Translations under genes and position numbers: made by a program | In this document: positions 1-11,927 of the stretch, piece after piece | Layout of the letters: every line of letters begins with the position of its first letter | Position numbering within the stretch: position 1 is the stretch's first letter | DNA from: Bispira polyomma | Lineage: Eukaryota | Direction of reading: 5' to 3' | Length of the DNA stretch: 64,000 nt | Assembly: GCA_965649765.1 (NCBI GenBank) | Contig: OZ287756.1 | Coordinates: 32,426,001-32,490,000 of the forward strand | The notes under the pieces: generated by a model | The model's database searches: none | Told to the model about the DNA's origin: nothing | What the model saw: the letters and a program-made list of their open reading frames with translations, nothing else

Positions 1-1756
1 ACTCCAACAGCATGTGCTTAATTTCACAATTAAAATGTTAATTTATATCATACAATTTTTTTATTGTAAGTTCGTGTGTTTAAATGGGTTTGCATTCAAC
101 TGCTGCATATTTTGAGCTATAACAAGCATTTATAAAGTTTGTGAACGATCAAGGACATTTCGCATGTCAGTTTTCCCAGTCGTAAATCGTAACATTAACG
201 CAGAATACTTCTTGTGTATTCCCGGTTAAGGTCTTATTAAACAAAAAGCAATAAGCCCCATATATCATAAAATAACTTGGGAGTTTTAAATACACCATAC
301 TAAATTACAATACTAGTACTTACAACTAGAAAAATGCTTTAGTATGAATTGCTTGACATGTTTATATATAATATTATATTACAGAAATAAAACACTCCTG
401 TGAGTGATAGTATAGTACTTTATCAAATAACTTTTAAATAAAGTTGTTTCGTTCAATTACCATTACATTGTGGTAGTGTAATTTATCTATTTAAATAGTA
501 TCCAACATTTTTACAACTTTAACATTTATATGTATGGTTTTGAAAAAGCATGTGAATACCTTAGCTGGGAATACCTGCATAACTTTAGACACTGTATTTA
601 AATTAACAGCAATATCTTTTACCAGAAAAATTTCTAGATTTTTATTTGCACAGCTTTAAATGAAAAATGTTACAGGTATAGTCTGTACAGGAATAGTTAG
701 TGGAAAGTGTAGAAATTATTCTTGAAAAACACCAAATTTAACTATATTGTACAAAGATAGTACAGATTCGAGTGGTACTGGGTGCTGCCTTTTGAATTGT
801 TATAAGACATGGAATATTTAAGTTCTAGAGGTTCTATCCTGGTGTCAAATGTAGCAAATAGATCAGGTACATCCGAGGTACATCCATTTGAGTCAAAGGA
901 CGATATAAGCTTGACGAATCTTCAAGTTCAGAAACAGAACAATTTATAATGGAATTTACTGTTTCTTGTCACTATGACATAAGCTTAAAACCTCAGTCTA
1001 AGATAAAACAAGCAATGATGATTGGGTTTTTTGCAATTAAATTAGGTAATTAATAAAGTAAATTTGAAGCATTAAAGCTTTGAAGTACAACTAGTAATGC
1101 ATTGATATAAATACCGATGGTGGGATTGTTTTAAGTCATCAGTTAAAGTATTATACAATTTCCAAGTTCCAACTTCACCTGGCAATATAAGCTAAGAAAC
1201 AAAATGGCTGCCACACATCATACAAGTCACCTTATAAGACCAGTAGAGCAAGCAAGTAGCTTCCAAGGACCTGGTTAAAGTGAGAAGTGTTACAATACAA
1301 AATACATATATAAACTTTGCAATTTTTTAAAACCATTTAGTGGCACAAACAATAAGCTACATAACAGTATTTTAGTAACTTAATAAAGTTAAATGAACAG
1401 GAAGTGACGAGCATTTGGTGATAAGGAAATAACACTGTCTGGGTTTAGAAAAAGCTTAAAACCCATCTTTTTAAATCACCCCCCTGCGTTAATGAAGACT
1501 GTAAAGTCACAAAGATGTGTATATGTATGACGGTGCACTGAAACATATAATCGTATATACTTATTTGCATATTATTACAGCCTATTAAGGAATATTTATC
1601 ATCTCAACAATTTAAGCTATTTTAAAGTCGAACGTCCTTCACCCAAAAATAAAGCTTTGTCCCCAAATAAAAAATTACCCTCTAAGGAAAACAAAACACA
1701 CCCAAAAGAAGTATTCTCTTCAGTCTGTTCACCGAACAATTAAGAAACATTTTCAG

Positions 1757-3700
1757 ATTCATTCCTCTGGTTGCCCTATCACATTGACCAGCTCCATAGG
1801 GTACAAAGTATTACATAGGTAAAGAGTAAGATGTCAGAAAAGTCCTATGGTCCTGTAGCTACCTCTGGTCTTTTAGCTACCTAGTTGTCCTTTAGCTACC
1901 TAGATTGGTCCTTTAGCTACTTAGTTGTCCGTTTGATACCCAGATTGTCCTTTAGATACTAGCTAGTGGACCTTTAGCCACCTAGTGATCCTTTAACTGC
2001 CTTACCAAGGTATATTGGTGCACAATTGGTCCTTTTTCTACCTAGGATCTTAATTGCTATCTTTACTCCAACAAAAGGTAAACAAATTATATTCTACCAT
2101 AAACAAACATTGGATTATTTCACATTTATTAGAAATTATATAAGGTCAATTTGACATCATATAAGGCGACTGATACAGTATAGTAGGTCGTTGGGACATG
2201 GTAAAAGGTTACAGATACAATGTATTAGGTCGACGAAACATAGTGTAACGTCACTGACACATTATATAAGGTCACTGAGACATGATGTAAGGCCACTGAG
2301 ACATGGCATTAGGTCACTGAGACATGGCATGAGGTGATCGACACATGGTATGATGCTACTTAGACAAGGTATAAGGTCAGAGAGGCATTGGGTCAGGGTC
2401 GTATAGTATACGGTCACTGATACAAGGTATAAAGTCACTGAGACATCATAGAAAGTCGCTGAAATAAGGTGTAAGGTCACTGATACATGGTGTAGGATCA
2501 CTGATACATAGTATTAGGTCACTGAGACATAGTATTAGGTCTCTGATACATGGTATTAGGTCACTGATACATTGTGTAAGGTCACTGGCACATGACATAA
2601 GGTCACTGATACATGATGTAGGGTCATTGATAAATGGTGTAAGGTCACTGGCACATGGTTTTGAATTTGAATTTGGATATTTAATGTCCACTCTAGTACC
2701 TTTTAGTAGGTTTTATTGGGACGGGTAGTTGGAAACGCTGGAGGAAACACTGCATACAGTCGGTCAAGGATCTGCACTGCAAACAGCGGCCCACAGTAAG
2801 AAACTACCACCTTTCCCACATAGGCATCGACGGGATTCGAACTCATGCCGCCCAGAAGTGAGAGACCAGTGATTGTGAAGCGCAATGCTTGCTAACCACT
2901 AGGCCACCGAGGCCCCCACACTGGCACATGGTATGAGGTCAAGGAGACATGATATTACGTCATTGAGACATGATTTGAGGTCACAAACACCTGACATAAT
3001 GTCACTGAGACATGTTATTGGGTCGCTGAGACATGGTACAAGGTCACTGAGGCATGGTATGAGACATGGTATTAGGTTACATTGACATGGTATGACATAT
3101 TGTATAAGGTTACAGTGACATGGTATTAGGTCACAGTGACATGGTATTAGGATACTGAGACATATATCCATACACCAACATACATGCACAATTTATAGGA
3201 AGTAAGAAAACAGTTTACGGGACAACACTGCTTTTATTATAGGAAGTTGTCCAGTTTTCACAAAGTGGCGTATGGAGAAAGGCTGTGGACCGAGAGGGCT
3301 ACCACATACAAAGACCACTTACCTCCTGCTCTGGTAAGATTGAAATACCTATAATTTGTAGTATTTTATTCAATAACTAATTTGAGTATACAGTATTTAC
3401 ATTAGTTTTGATGGGCTATTATATATTAATTATGTCTAGATTATATGTTTTATATAATTTTTCAATTGTAAGTAAGATAGATTTCTCATTATTTATATAA
3501 GACAGAAAGTCTAAAACCATTAAAACTCTTTATATCTACAATAAATATACAGTGTATACAGTAAATAAAAGTAATTTATTGAATTGTGTTGGTTATAATT
3601 TTAATTACAGTAAATACAGTTCTAATCTTTGTTCACTCCCAGTGTATTCTTTATCGAAGCATCAAATATTTGTCTTTGTATTTTGCAGGAGCCCAATTGA
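1757..3700 (+). CDS. 3' coding exons of an unidentified host gene (exons 1757-1818, 3243-3333, 3689-3700)
   Basis: Canonical sites (tttcag|..|gtaaag; ttatag|..|gtaaga; ttgcag|) with matching phases (2, then 0) give IHSSGCPITLTSSIGYKVLHRKLSSFHKVAYGERLWTERATTYKDHLPPALEPN*. Product not recognised; upstream exons not located. Confidence 0.55.
1850..2062. repeat. Degenerate ~20-bp tandem repeat (TTTAGCTACCTAGTTGTCC-like)
   Basis: Recurring tagctacct/ggtcctt units visible directly. Confidence 0.8.
2138..3165. repeat. 21-bp minisatellite (ATAAGGTCACTGAGACATGGT-like), interrupted by a SINE
   Basis: Dozens of aggtcactgagacatggt variants at ~21-bp period; explains the Cys/Leu 7-mer ORFs on the - strand. 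Confidence 0.92.
2660..2917 (-). mobile_element. Full-length tRNA-derived SINE (family S1)
   Basis: - strand head GGGGCCTCGGTGGCCTAGTGG (A box) and GAGTTCGAATCC (B box), (TTCAAA)n tail, 14-bp direct repeat cactggcacatggt at 2646-2659 and 2919-2932; many copies in the window. Confidence 0.92.
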
Positions 3701-5060
3701 AGCTTTTCATTGCAATGGCCAATCTGGAGAGTGTACGAGTATAATGGGGAATGTTGCATTATAATGGGGAATTTCAATTTGTCATCAAGCTCTGTGAGAA
3801 TGGCGGGGGCTTTTTTTATGTTTGCGACTATCCACTAATAAATTGAGCTTCCAGAGCCAACTCCACCACAGAAGTCCAATAATACACTGCAATGGATGGA
3901 GAAGTGGTGGAGCATCATGAGGAATTGTCTACCAACTAGGAATAATCGGCTACCAACGTAGTAATGGATTATCAAACAGGACAAATTTTTGGTTTTAGAA
4001 ATGGCCACATATAGGCGACATATAGGCGAATGTTTGTCTGATGACACTACCAGGAAGCTACCACTACAAAGAAGCTGGAACCAACCATTTTTTGGAAAAA
4101 GAGAAGGCAAAATTATCGTAGCCCCACCGTGAGGGATGTAGAATAAGGTAGAATGGCGAAGAATCTGGAGGAATTGGCTACCCACTATGGAAAATTTCAG
4201 GTTTGCCGGCGTTCATGATCAAAATTTGCCATTGGGAGATGGACATTATGTCAACGATGACCTTCTCCTATCTTTTTAAGTTTTTCAAATAATTATTTTT
4301 CTGGGCTGGAAACTACAGTGGATACACTAAGTTATGATATTACCAGTATTTTTTTTATCACATTTACCTTACCAATAGTTAAACGTTTAAATTTACTGCA
4401 TAAGTGGAAATATTTTTCTATATAAGAAATTTTCATGTCAAAATTCTATTTATTGCAGTTAAAGGTAATTCCAAGCAATCCAAACTGTTGTACCCATTTC
4501 AAACCATGATGTTCCCCCCTGATTCCTTGTTTGTTTCCTTTCCATCTCCACTGCCTATGTTTTTTCTAGATTTACTTTTTATCGAAATTATTCCTGATCT
4601 TAAATATTTGATTTACCAAAGATTGGGATCCAACTAGAAAAAGGAATGAATCATCAGCATACTGCCCAATTTTTACACAAGAACTGGTTAATTATTTCTT
4701 TAATGTTTTTAAATTTTTTTTAAATTTTTACTTGTGATTGATTACGAAATAGCCTAACAAGATTTTAATTTCTTTTAGTCTTTTCTTGGTGATCACACAC
4801 AAACAATTGCAAGAAGCGCAAACAAATTTGTGCAATGCTATTATGTAATTTATTTCGCCAATGTGGGAGGGCTACTGTAGCGACTATAGCTGTAATACAT
4901 AAAAAGTCTACACAATAATTGTTAATAGTTATGATGTTAAAGTTTAAACAGAAATGTAATTATGAAGACTCTAGTATTAACATAAGAAAGACATGGAATG
5001 GTTATAGCAAATAATTGTGATATAAATGGAGTCTTAACTTCTGAATTACTCCTCATATGT

Positions 5061-6362
5061 CTACTTTCCTTTTGGAATTTCCCTTTCTCTGTAGGTCATC
5101 GTTCCAAGGGCAACAAATGGTTCTGGAAAGTGTGGCAGACTAAATTGATCACATACGTTATCAGTCTGCTTCTTAATTTCATCTGTGAACTCCTCATCTC
5201 TGTACTTTCCCAAACTTTTAAGGCTGATTGGTGTTCCTCTTTGGGAATCCCTTCCCATGGCTACTTCAACTGCCTTGGCATCATATGGTAACCCACAATA
5301 TTCAAATACTTTCTGGTAAGCATATGTTGTATCTACCACAATATCCTCATAGCGGACTCCAGCAATCTTCATTCCACTCTCTATAAAATCAATGTATTGC
5401 CTCATGGCCACACCCCATACAATGGCCCCAAAATGGATGCCTGATAAGAGTTTCACTTCGTAATTATCTGCAGGTAAATTCATTTCCTCAAAAGCCTTTT
5501 TGGTAAGCTTACCCGAAAGCTTGCCTAGGAGTAGCACTACGGCAAGAAGTGGTACTTCTTTACAAATTTTTGAGAAAGACATGCTACATTTCAACCCATC
5601 TCTGTAGATGTACATCACATTACATTCAGGAAAAAGTTCTACAATTAGTGGCATTTCGGCCATGGTTGGTGGGGTTGGTTTCAGCACATATGATTTAATT
5701 TCCTTGGTATGGCAAGGTTTGCACATCAGATTGATACAGTTCTTGAAGATCCTTACTCTTTCATCTTCAGAGACCTTTCCTTTTAGCTGGGTGAGTGCAT
5801 TAATGGCATCTGGTTCGGAATATGCAATGGATGACCCAGTTTCTTCGAAGACTTGAGTCACCAATGTTGAGCCACATCTCCCAGAACTGCAGAGAAATAT
5901 AATCTTGGCTTTGGTTTTTCCAACTTTCTCACCAAGCTGATGGAATATAGGCATAGGCATGACAATCAGCTTTCTGGCTAAGTTAAACTGAGCAAACCGA
6001 ACAAATGCACCATACTTAGATAGGGTCACATTCACACCCTCTTCTACTTCTACAAACACTGCCTCATCTTTATTGATGTAGTACAGACTGATGTGATCCT
6101 TCAAGACATATTCTGGTTCAACAAATTCATTGTGAGTCGTAAGAAAATTATCAGGTCCAGACGGTTGTAAGAGAAGACAGAATTTATGGCGACCTAAAAT
6201 ACTCAACACCTGAACTGAATGTTTGTGTAAATCTTCTTTATAATGTTCTTTAATTCTTGATTGGGTTCCATTGTAAAGCCAAACAAAACATCGGAACAAC
6301 TCAAAAGTCTTCCTGAAGAGTATCCATAATATTTGTTTTATAATCTTATATGCCAAATTCAT
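5061..6362 (-). CDS. Sulfotransferase-fold (PAPS-dependent) protein, 433 aa, intronless CDS
   Basis: Uninterrupted ORF with 5'PSB-like IFLCSSGRCGSTL, 3'PB-like YIYRDG and VRYEDIV motifs; hydrophobic N-terminus; acceptor ttattttgtag| at 6390 implies a 5'UTR intron. Confidence 0.85.
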   Translation of the reverse strand: MNLAYKIIKQILWILFRKTFELFRCFVWLYNGTQSRIKEHYKEDLHKHSVQVLSILGRHKFCLLLQPSGPDNFLTTHNEFVEPEYVLKDHISLYYINKDEAVFVEVEEGVNVTLSKYGAFVRFAQFNLARKLIVMPMPIFHQLGEKVGKTKAKIIFLCSSGRCGSTLVTQVFEETGSSIAYSEPDAINALTQLKGKVSEDERVRIFKNCINLMCKPCHTKEIKSYVLKPTPPTMAEMPLIVELFPECNVMYIYRDGLKCSMSFSKICKEVPLLAVVLLLGKLSGKLTKKAFEEMNLPADNYEVKLLSGIHFGAIVWGVAMRQYIDFIESGMKIAGVRYEDIVVDTTYAYQKVFEYCGLPYDAKAVEVAMGRDSQRGTPISLKSLGKYRDEEFTDEIKKQTDNVCDQFSLPHFPEPFVALGTMTYREREIPKGK

Positions 6363-8299
6363 TGTTCTTTTGCCTGTACCACGTGAAACCTACAAAATAA
6401 GTATCAAGTATATTTATTATAAAAATTTAATGATATATCTTTGCAAATTGTACTGCTCTGTATATGTCTATTGTATGCAGTGCACAAAAAGATGTCCTAT
6501 AAACCACCTATTGATTTTAGCTACAAACTCTCGAAACAAACAAACGGACACCATGATAATGTAGAAATAAAGTATGAGAGAGAGTGGTTTGTGAGGCGAT
6601 TACAGCATGAGCTTCGAGTGGAATATTGGAAAAGTTTTGAAACATAAAGCACATTTTTGTAAACTTTATTTCTATTATTAAGACCATCTATTGTGGTATC
6701 CCCTTAAAGTCAACACTATTACCAACAAACAAAACTATTTTCTAGTTTTTTAAGGTTACTCTACCATATTGGCATTTATTATTCTCCTAGATAAAGTTGG
6801 CGGACCTTTTTAGTACATGTAAAATATTACAAATGTTTATAGTTACTGACCTTAATAACTATATATTTATTATATCCTTCCCTTTGTAGTTGATGTACTT
6901 AAATAACAACTTAAAATTTTTAAAACTGTTTAAAAAAGGGGGTTGATATTTGTGTGAACTTGTATGACATCAAAACTTTTTTGGAGACTATATTTTATAC
7001 AGACATACACAACTATTTACTATGAACTAATCTGTTATTCCACATTAATGTGTATCCCATCCAACCAAACCAAGTTATATGTATTGGTGATAGGAGATGT
7101 CCCATGAACTTCCCTATCAAAGTGCTACATCACTGAAGTTGTCTAGTTGTGACATATTTTTTTAAGTAAAATCCATTCACACAATAATCATGAAACGAGG
7201 TCAATTGATTATGATATAACTCACCAGTTGCTCAGTACATATGACCCAGCATTCCCAAACCGACAAGTTAATAAAAACACATTGATACAATCAAACTTAT
7301 ATGTATAAAGTGTGTTCTTCTTTCAGATAAGCATGTCCTAATTTTCGTTCTTACTTTATCAACTAAAGTCATTAATGCTTATCTTGGTTTCGCTGGTCCA
7401 AAGTTATAATAAATAATACAAAAATTATAACAAAAATACTAACGCAAAGCGACATTTTAACTTATAAAAGATAAGCAATCAATTTTTTATGTGGCTGACG
7501 TGAAAACTGTCTCAAAAACAGTCCTAACACTTGTTTGGGTGTTTAACTGATTACCATATTCTTGAATATAAATGTAATTACAAGTCAGGTGACTGAAAAC
7601 ACTCCCCCCCCCCCCCTCCAAAAAATATAAAAAAATAAATTAAAAAAACCGTCTCTTAAAGTATGCAATCAAGTTAAAGGAATAAAATCAGAATAGTTTC
7701 CAAACTAGTGTCTTTATGTTCAAATTAATAAGGCAATTCGACTTATGCAAATGTACACTTTAATACCACAATATGCTCTTATAGTTCAGTAATGCTTATG
7801 ATAAAAAAATGTTAGATGTTTGGACACAGTTTTTGGTCCCAATTAATTTAGTGAGGATTTATTTTGTTCGTCACTTTCAACCCATTTCGTGTAGTGTCAT
7901 GATGGCTCGTTTACTGGCGGACAAAATAAAAACCAGGGAAGTTGGTCTAGGTTTTTTAGCAAGCACGACCATGAAGGGGTCTGCCACTTCAGTTCACCCC
8001 CACACATAATAAAATTTATAACTACTTTAATACCTGGGGGCGAGTCGACTAACTATTCACTCTGTCTATCCAGGCATACACACACCCATTCTCTTTATGT
8101 GGGAGAACAATACTTTTTCTCACCTTTTTCTAGTCTTCATTTGAAAACGTGGCCCTGAAGAAGCAACACCAGGGAAAGCTATATGTGAAAATCCACGTTT
8201 ATTTACATGAATATTATTATATTGGTTTTATGTTTTTAGTATTTTAGTTTATTTTGTTTGTTTGTTAATTTTGAGAAGTGCATATAACTACAAGGATAG

Positions 8300-9500
8300 G
8301 TAGAACAAAAAGACACCATCGGATAATAAGAAAAAAGAGACTAGTAAAAGCACTAGCAAAGCTAAAACTTCTCGACGGAAATTAGTGAACAGGGACGCCA
8401 GTGACAACAGCATCACGGAGCTAAAGACCCCGTTGAACCAGGTATTATCTGCTCAGTTCGTGTCACCCTTACTTCACGGAACTCAGATCCCCAATGGTTA
8501 CACAGCTGCCACAGTAGATCCTCGTTTACAAGGCCTTCAGCAGCACCATAACGTCCCCATAGGGTCACGTTCGGATGGTCAGATTATGTCTTCAATGCTA
8601 GTAATGCTGGACAAACTCTCGTAATCCAACGAACGGATCACGAACCGACTAGACCAGATGGAAACACGAGTAAGCCAGAATACTACTTTGCCAGCTCCAA
8701 CCACACAGACCAATCTGACTGTAGCACAGCCATTACCTGTAGTAACTGTACCATCACAGCTAACGGTCCCTCCTGCTCACGTCGACTATACAGCCGACCC
8801 TATAGTGCCCACAGTAGATGTATTGAAGTCACTACCCGATGTTCAAGCACTAGTTAACAAACGGCTGGCAGAATACGAGATCCAAGCACAAAAGACACTT
8901 GCCCAAGGTAAGCCGACCCCAAGTCAAAAGTCTGGGCGTTTTAATAGCACAGATGTACCGACGACAGATCCAAAATTGAGGTGGGCAAATGAAGGTTGGG
9001 TGGGGGGAACATCCAGGAAACGGCCCATGTTTGACCAGCTCTCACTACACCAGTGGGCGGCGGGGCAATTAGCCAATGCCATGCAGGTCACAGACCCGGT
9101 TATTTCGAAAGCAATGTGTCAGCAAGTAATTTTATCTCTTCAGGACGCTGCCTGACTTCCGTGGGAAGTGGTTCGTACTTCGTGGTTGCATAACATGCAC
9201 GAGATAGAAGAGGGTCGCCTGTGGGGTGACAACACCCAGTGGGCGTTGAATCGCCTCAACGCATCCCAGATGGCCATGGTGCAATTCATCTCACTCTCAC
9301 GGCTCGTACAACTCTCATAGCAGTCAGTCGTCCACTTCTTCCAGGACCATCTGTAAACTTTACAACACAGGCAAATGTAACAACACAGATCACGGGCAAT
9401 ACAGGCACATTTGCTGGCACTGTGCCACTGTGCTGCATAAGGATGTGGTGCACCCAGAATTCAAATGCTACCGGTCGAATTCATCCAAACAACATGAGGT
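8300..9500 (+). pseudogene. E1 gag-like ORF1 (disrupted)
   Basis: KSGRFN..RWANE..RPMFDQL block shared with other copies; C-terminal CKLYNTGKC..H..RHICWHC..HPEFKC zinc-finger module; internal stops. Confidence 0.8.
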
Positions 9501-9553
9501 CAAACCAAATAACAGCAGTTAGGAGATTGGCCAACCACTAGTGAAACGAACTT

Positions 9554-10947
9554 TTGGGAAAGTATATTGGGGGTAATAACAATAGTGTTGATTGTACTGT
9601 AGCATTAAATTCTAATAGAAGTGATTTAATTAGTGACTATCACAATTTGCATTTAAAAGCTAGCAGATTTGATAGAGCAAACATGACTAAGCTTAGGTTG
9701 AATAATAATTTTAAAAAACCTGATGTTGATGTAAAGTTAAGTAAATTAGATACTGTAAAGATCAGTAAAGCTATATGTAACCTAGAAGACAACTTAGCAA
9801 TTGTTAATGAACAGAAGTTACAACTTAGTTCAGCTGTAGTATAACAGCTGAAATTGCCAGGACGTTATCAAAGCTTGTAAGACAGAAACCAGAGTATTGC
9901 ATGAAGAGCAAGTACAATTTGATAGCAATAATGTACTATTGTATACAAATGCACTGCAAACAGTTGGTAGCAATAATGTACTCCCCCAGAAAAGGGAGTG
10001 TGATAACCAGATTAAGGTTAAGAACTGGTTAAACAAGCCTGCAATAACTGCCAATGCCACCATACAAGTGACAAATTGGTCACATAAGTTTAATTATTGG
10101 GATTACCCACTCCCAGTTTTATATATTAAGATCCAGAAACCAAAAGGACACAAACAAATGTCGCGTAATTCTAAATCTATCATACCCACAAGGGGCTTCA
10201 CTTAATGACAATGTAGATAAGCAAGAATTCGATGGTACAAAATTTGTTTTAAAATTTCTAACGATAGACGACATTGTGGCAGAAATACAAGTTACACCGG
10301 AAGCACGAATCATGAAACTGGACGTCAGAAACTTACGAGTTGACCCGGTTGATGCAATTAAGCTAGGGATCTGCTTTGGAAATGACAAGTACGTGGATCC
10401 AGCGGCAGCGTTCGGCTAGATCCACGGCTCGGCCGCTTTTCAGCATTGTTCGGACATGATTGCTTTTGTCATGGCGAAGAATAACCATAAAGTCTTCTGC
10501 TACATCGATGACTACATCTGCATATTGAATAAAGACACAGCAAACAGAGCATTTCATGAGTTACAGAAATTAGTAGATTCTTTAGGTCTCCCTACCAATC
10601 CAGACAAACTGTCACCCCCTGACACTAAGGCCACCTGTTTAGGGATAGATATAGACATACAGGCAGGAACCATCAGTATTACTCAAGAAAAAATGGAAGA
10701 AACATTTAAATTGTGTAAGGAAGTAACTAGGGACGATTTCTTGGCATTATGCCTTAGAAACATATGGCTGTTATCAGCCACTTATGACATACAACTAGAA
10801 ATAGAACACATAAAAGGCAAAAAGAACATTATAGCAGGTGCACTTTCAAGAGTTTATTCAGATCAATTTTCAAATAAGGAACAAACAGTATTAATGCAAG
10901 AGAACTTCGTTCCACTGAATTTGTTTGAATTTGATATTCGTTTATAA
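9554..10947 (+). pseudogene. E1 RT/RNase H ORF (internally deleted, stops)
   Basis: LKFLTIDDIV, FG*IHGSAAFQ, YIDDYI, CLGIDID, IEHIKGKKNIIAGALSR motifs. Confidence 0.88.
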
Positions 10948-10953
10948 TTTCGG

Positions 10954-11927
10954 GTTCCATTGAAACCACACAAGCCTTATTGGGATCTGCCTGGGCAAGG
11001 ATCAACACAGCCCTGCGCCAAAGACATTTTCAACTTACAATAGTCAATTTAAGACATTTATGGCCTTTACCTGCTTTGCTGGTGTGGAAGTTATAGATAC
11101 ACATATAGTAATTGCCTTCATGGAATACTCGGTACAGAATGGCACTGCACCTGCTGCAATCAATAATTACCTGTCAGCACTAAAATTCATGGCCAAAAGA
11201 TATTCCTGGAACTTGCGTATTTTTGAAAATAATACAGTGGCCATGTTTCTGAGAAGTCTAACACACAACTCTCAATTTAGACCACAACCCAGAGGGATAA
11301 TTGAAATCCACCACCTTATTCTTATCTCCAGATCATGTGTAATTCTCTCTGATCCAATTCTATATAGAGCCATATTTTTGTTATCATTTTTCGCTTTTCT
11401 TAGAATTTCTAATATTGCACCACATTCAAGGGCTCAGTTTGATCCTTCTAGGCACCTTCTAAGAAAAAATGTCATTTTTGGCCCACCAGGGGCCCACGTA
11501 ATAATAAAATGGGCGAAAAACTTACAGCAAGAGGGGAAGTACACATTGTACAGATCCCAAAACTACAGAACAAGACTTATGTCCAGTTAAGGCATTGCAA
11601 CACCTATTACATTCTAGACCAATACCAATTACATCTCCCCTGTTTGCTCCCTGTTCTCCACCACATGAATCAATCATAGATACACACATACGTTCTGCCC
11701 TCTCCTCAGTACTCACACACTCTGGAATTCCACAAAAATCTCACAGTTTCCATACATTTAGAAGATCTGGGGCAACTTTTGCATTTAATAATAATGTATC
11801 CCTTCAGAACATCATGGCTCATGGGCTCTGGCGTTCATCAGCGGTTTGGACATAATTAGAGAAAACATCACAGGCAGCTTCAACAGTCCCCCTCACCTTT
11901 GCTTCTGCTATTTCTTCTTCTTTCTAG
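10954..11927 (+). pseudogene. E1 tyrosine recombinase (frameshifted; catalytic Tyr codon is TAA)
   Basis: FLRISN (box I Arg), HTFRRSGA (HxxR), HGLWRSSAVWT* (Tyr position stop at 11853-11855). Confidence 0.9.

Noticed and set aside
2703-2885. Recurrent 60-aa ORF MRFTITGLS.. (also 52382, 54512, 55386, 57707)
   Set aside because: Incidental frame within the S1 SINE.
2830-2917. Possible tRNA gene (A and B boxes)
   Set aside because: Continuous with a SINE body, tail and TSD; no clean cloverleaf.
1850-3165. CRISPR-like periodic array
   Set aside because: Units are contiguous and degenerate without unique spacers; eukaryotic intron, no cas genes.
2262-3189. Cys/Leu-rich repetitive ORFs on the - strand
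   Set aside because: They are translations of the 21-bp minisatellite lying in an intron.
3698-3700. TGA as selenocysteine or readthrough
   Set aside because: No recognisable SECIS or selenoprotein motif.
8150-8180. Hammerhead-like CTGAAGA..GAAA in the A repeat (also ctgatgag at 58181)
   Set aside because: No stem II pairing, or no correctly placed GAAA.
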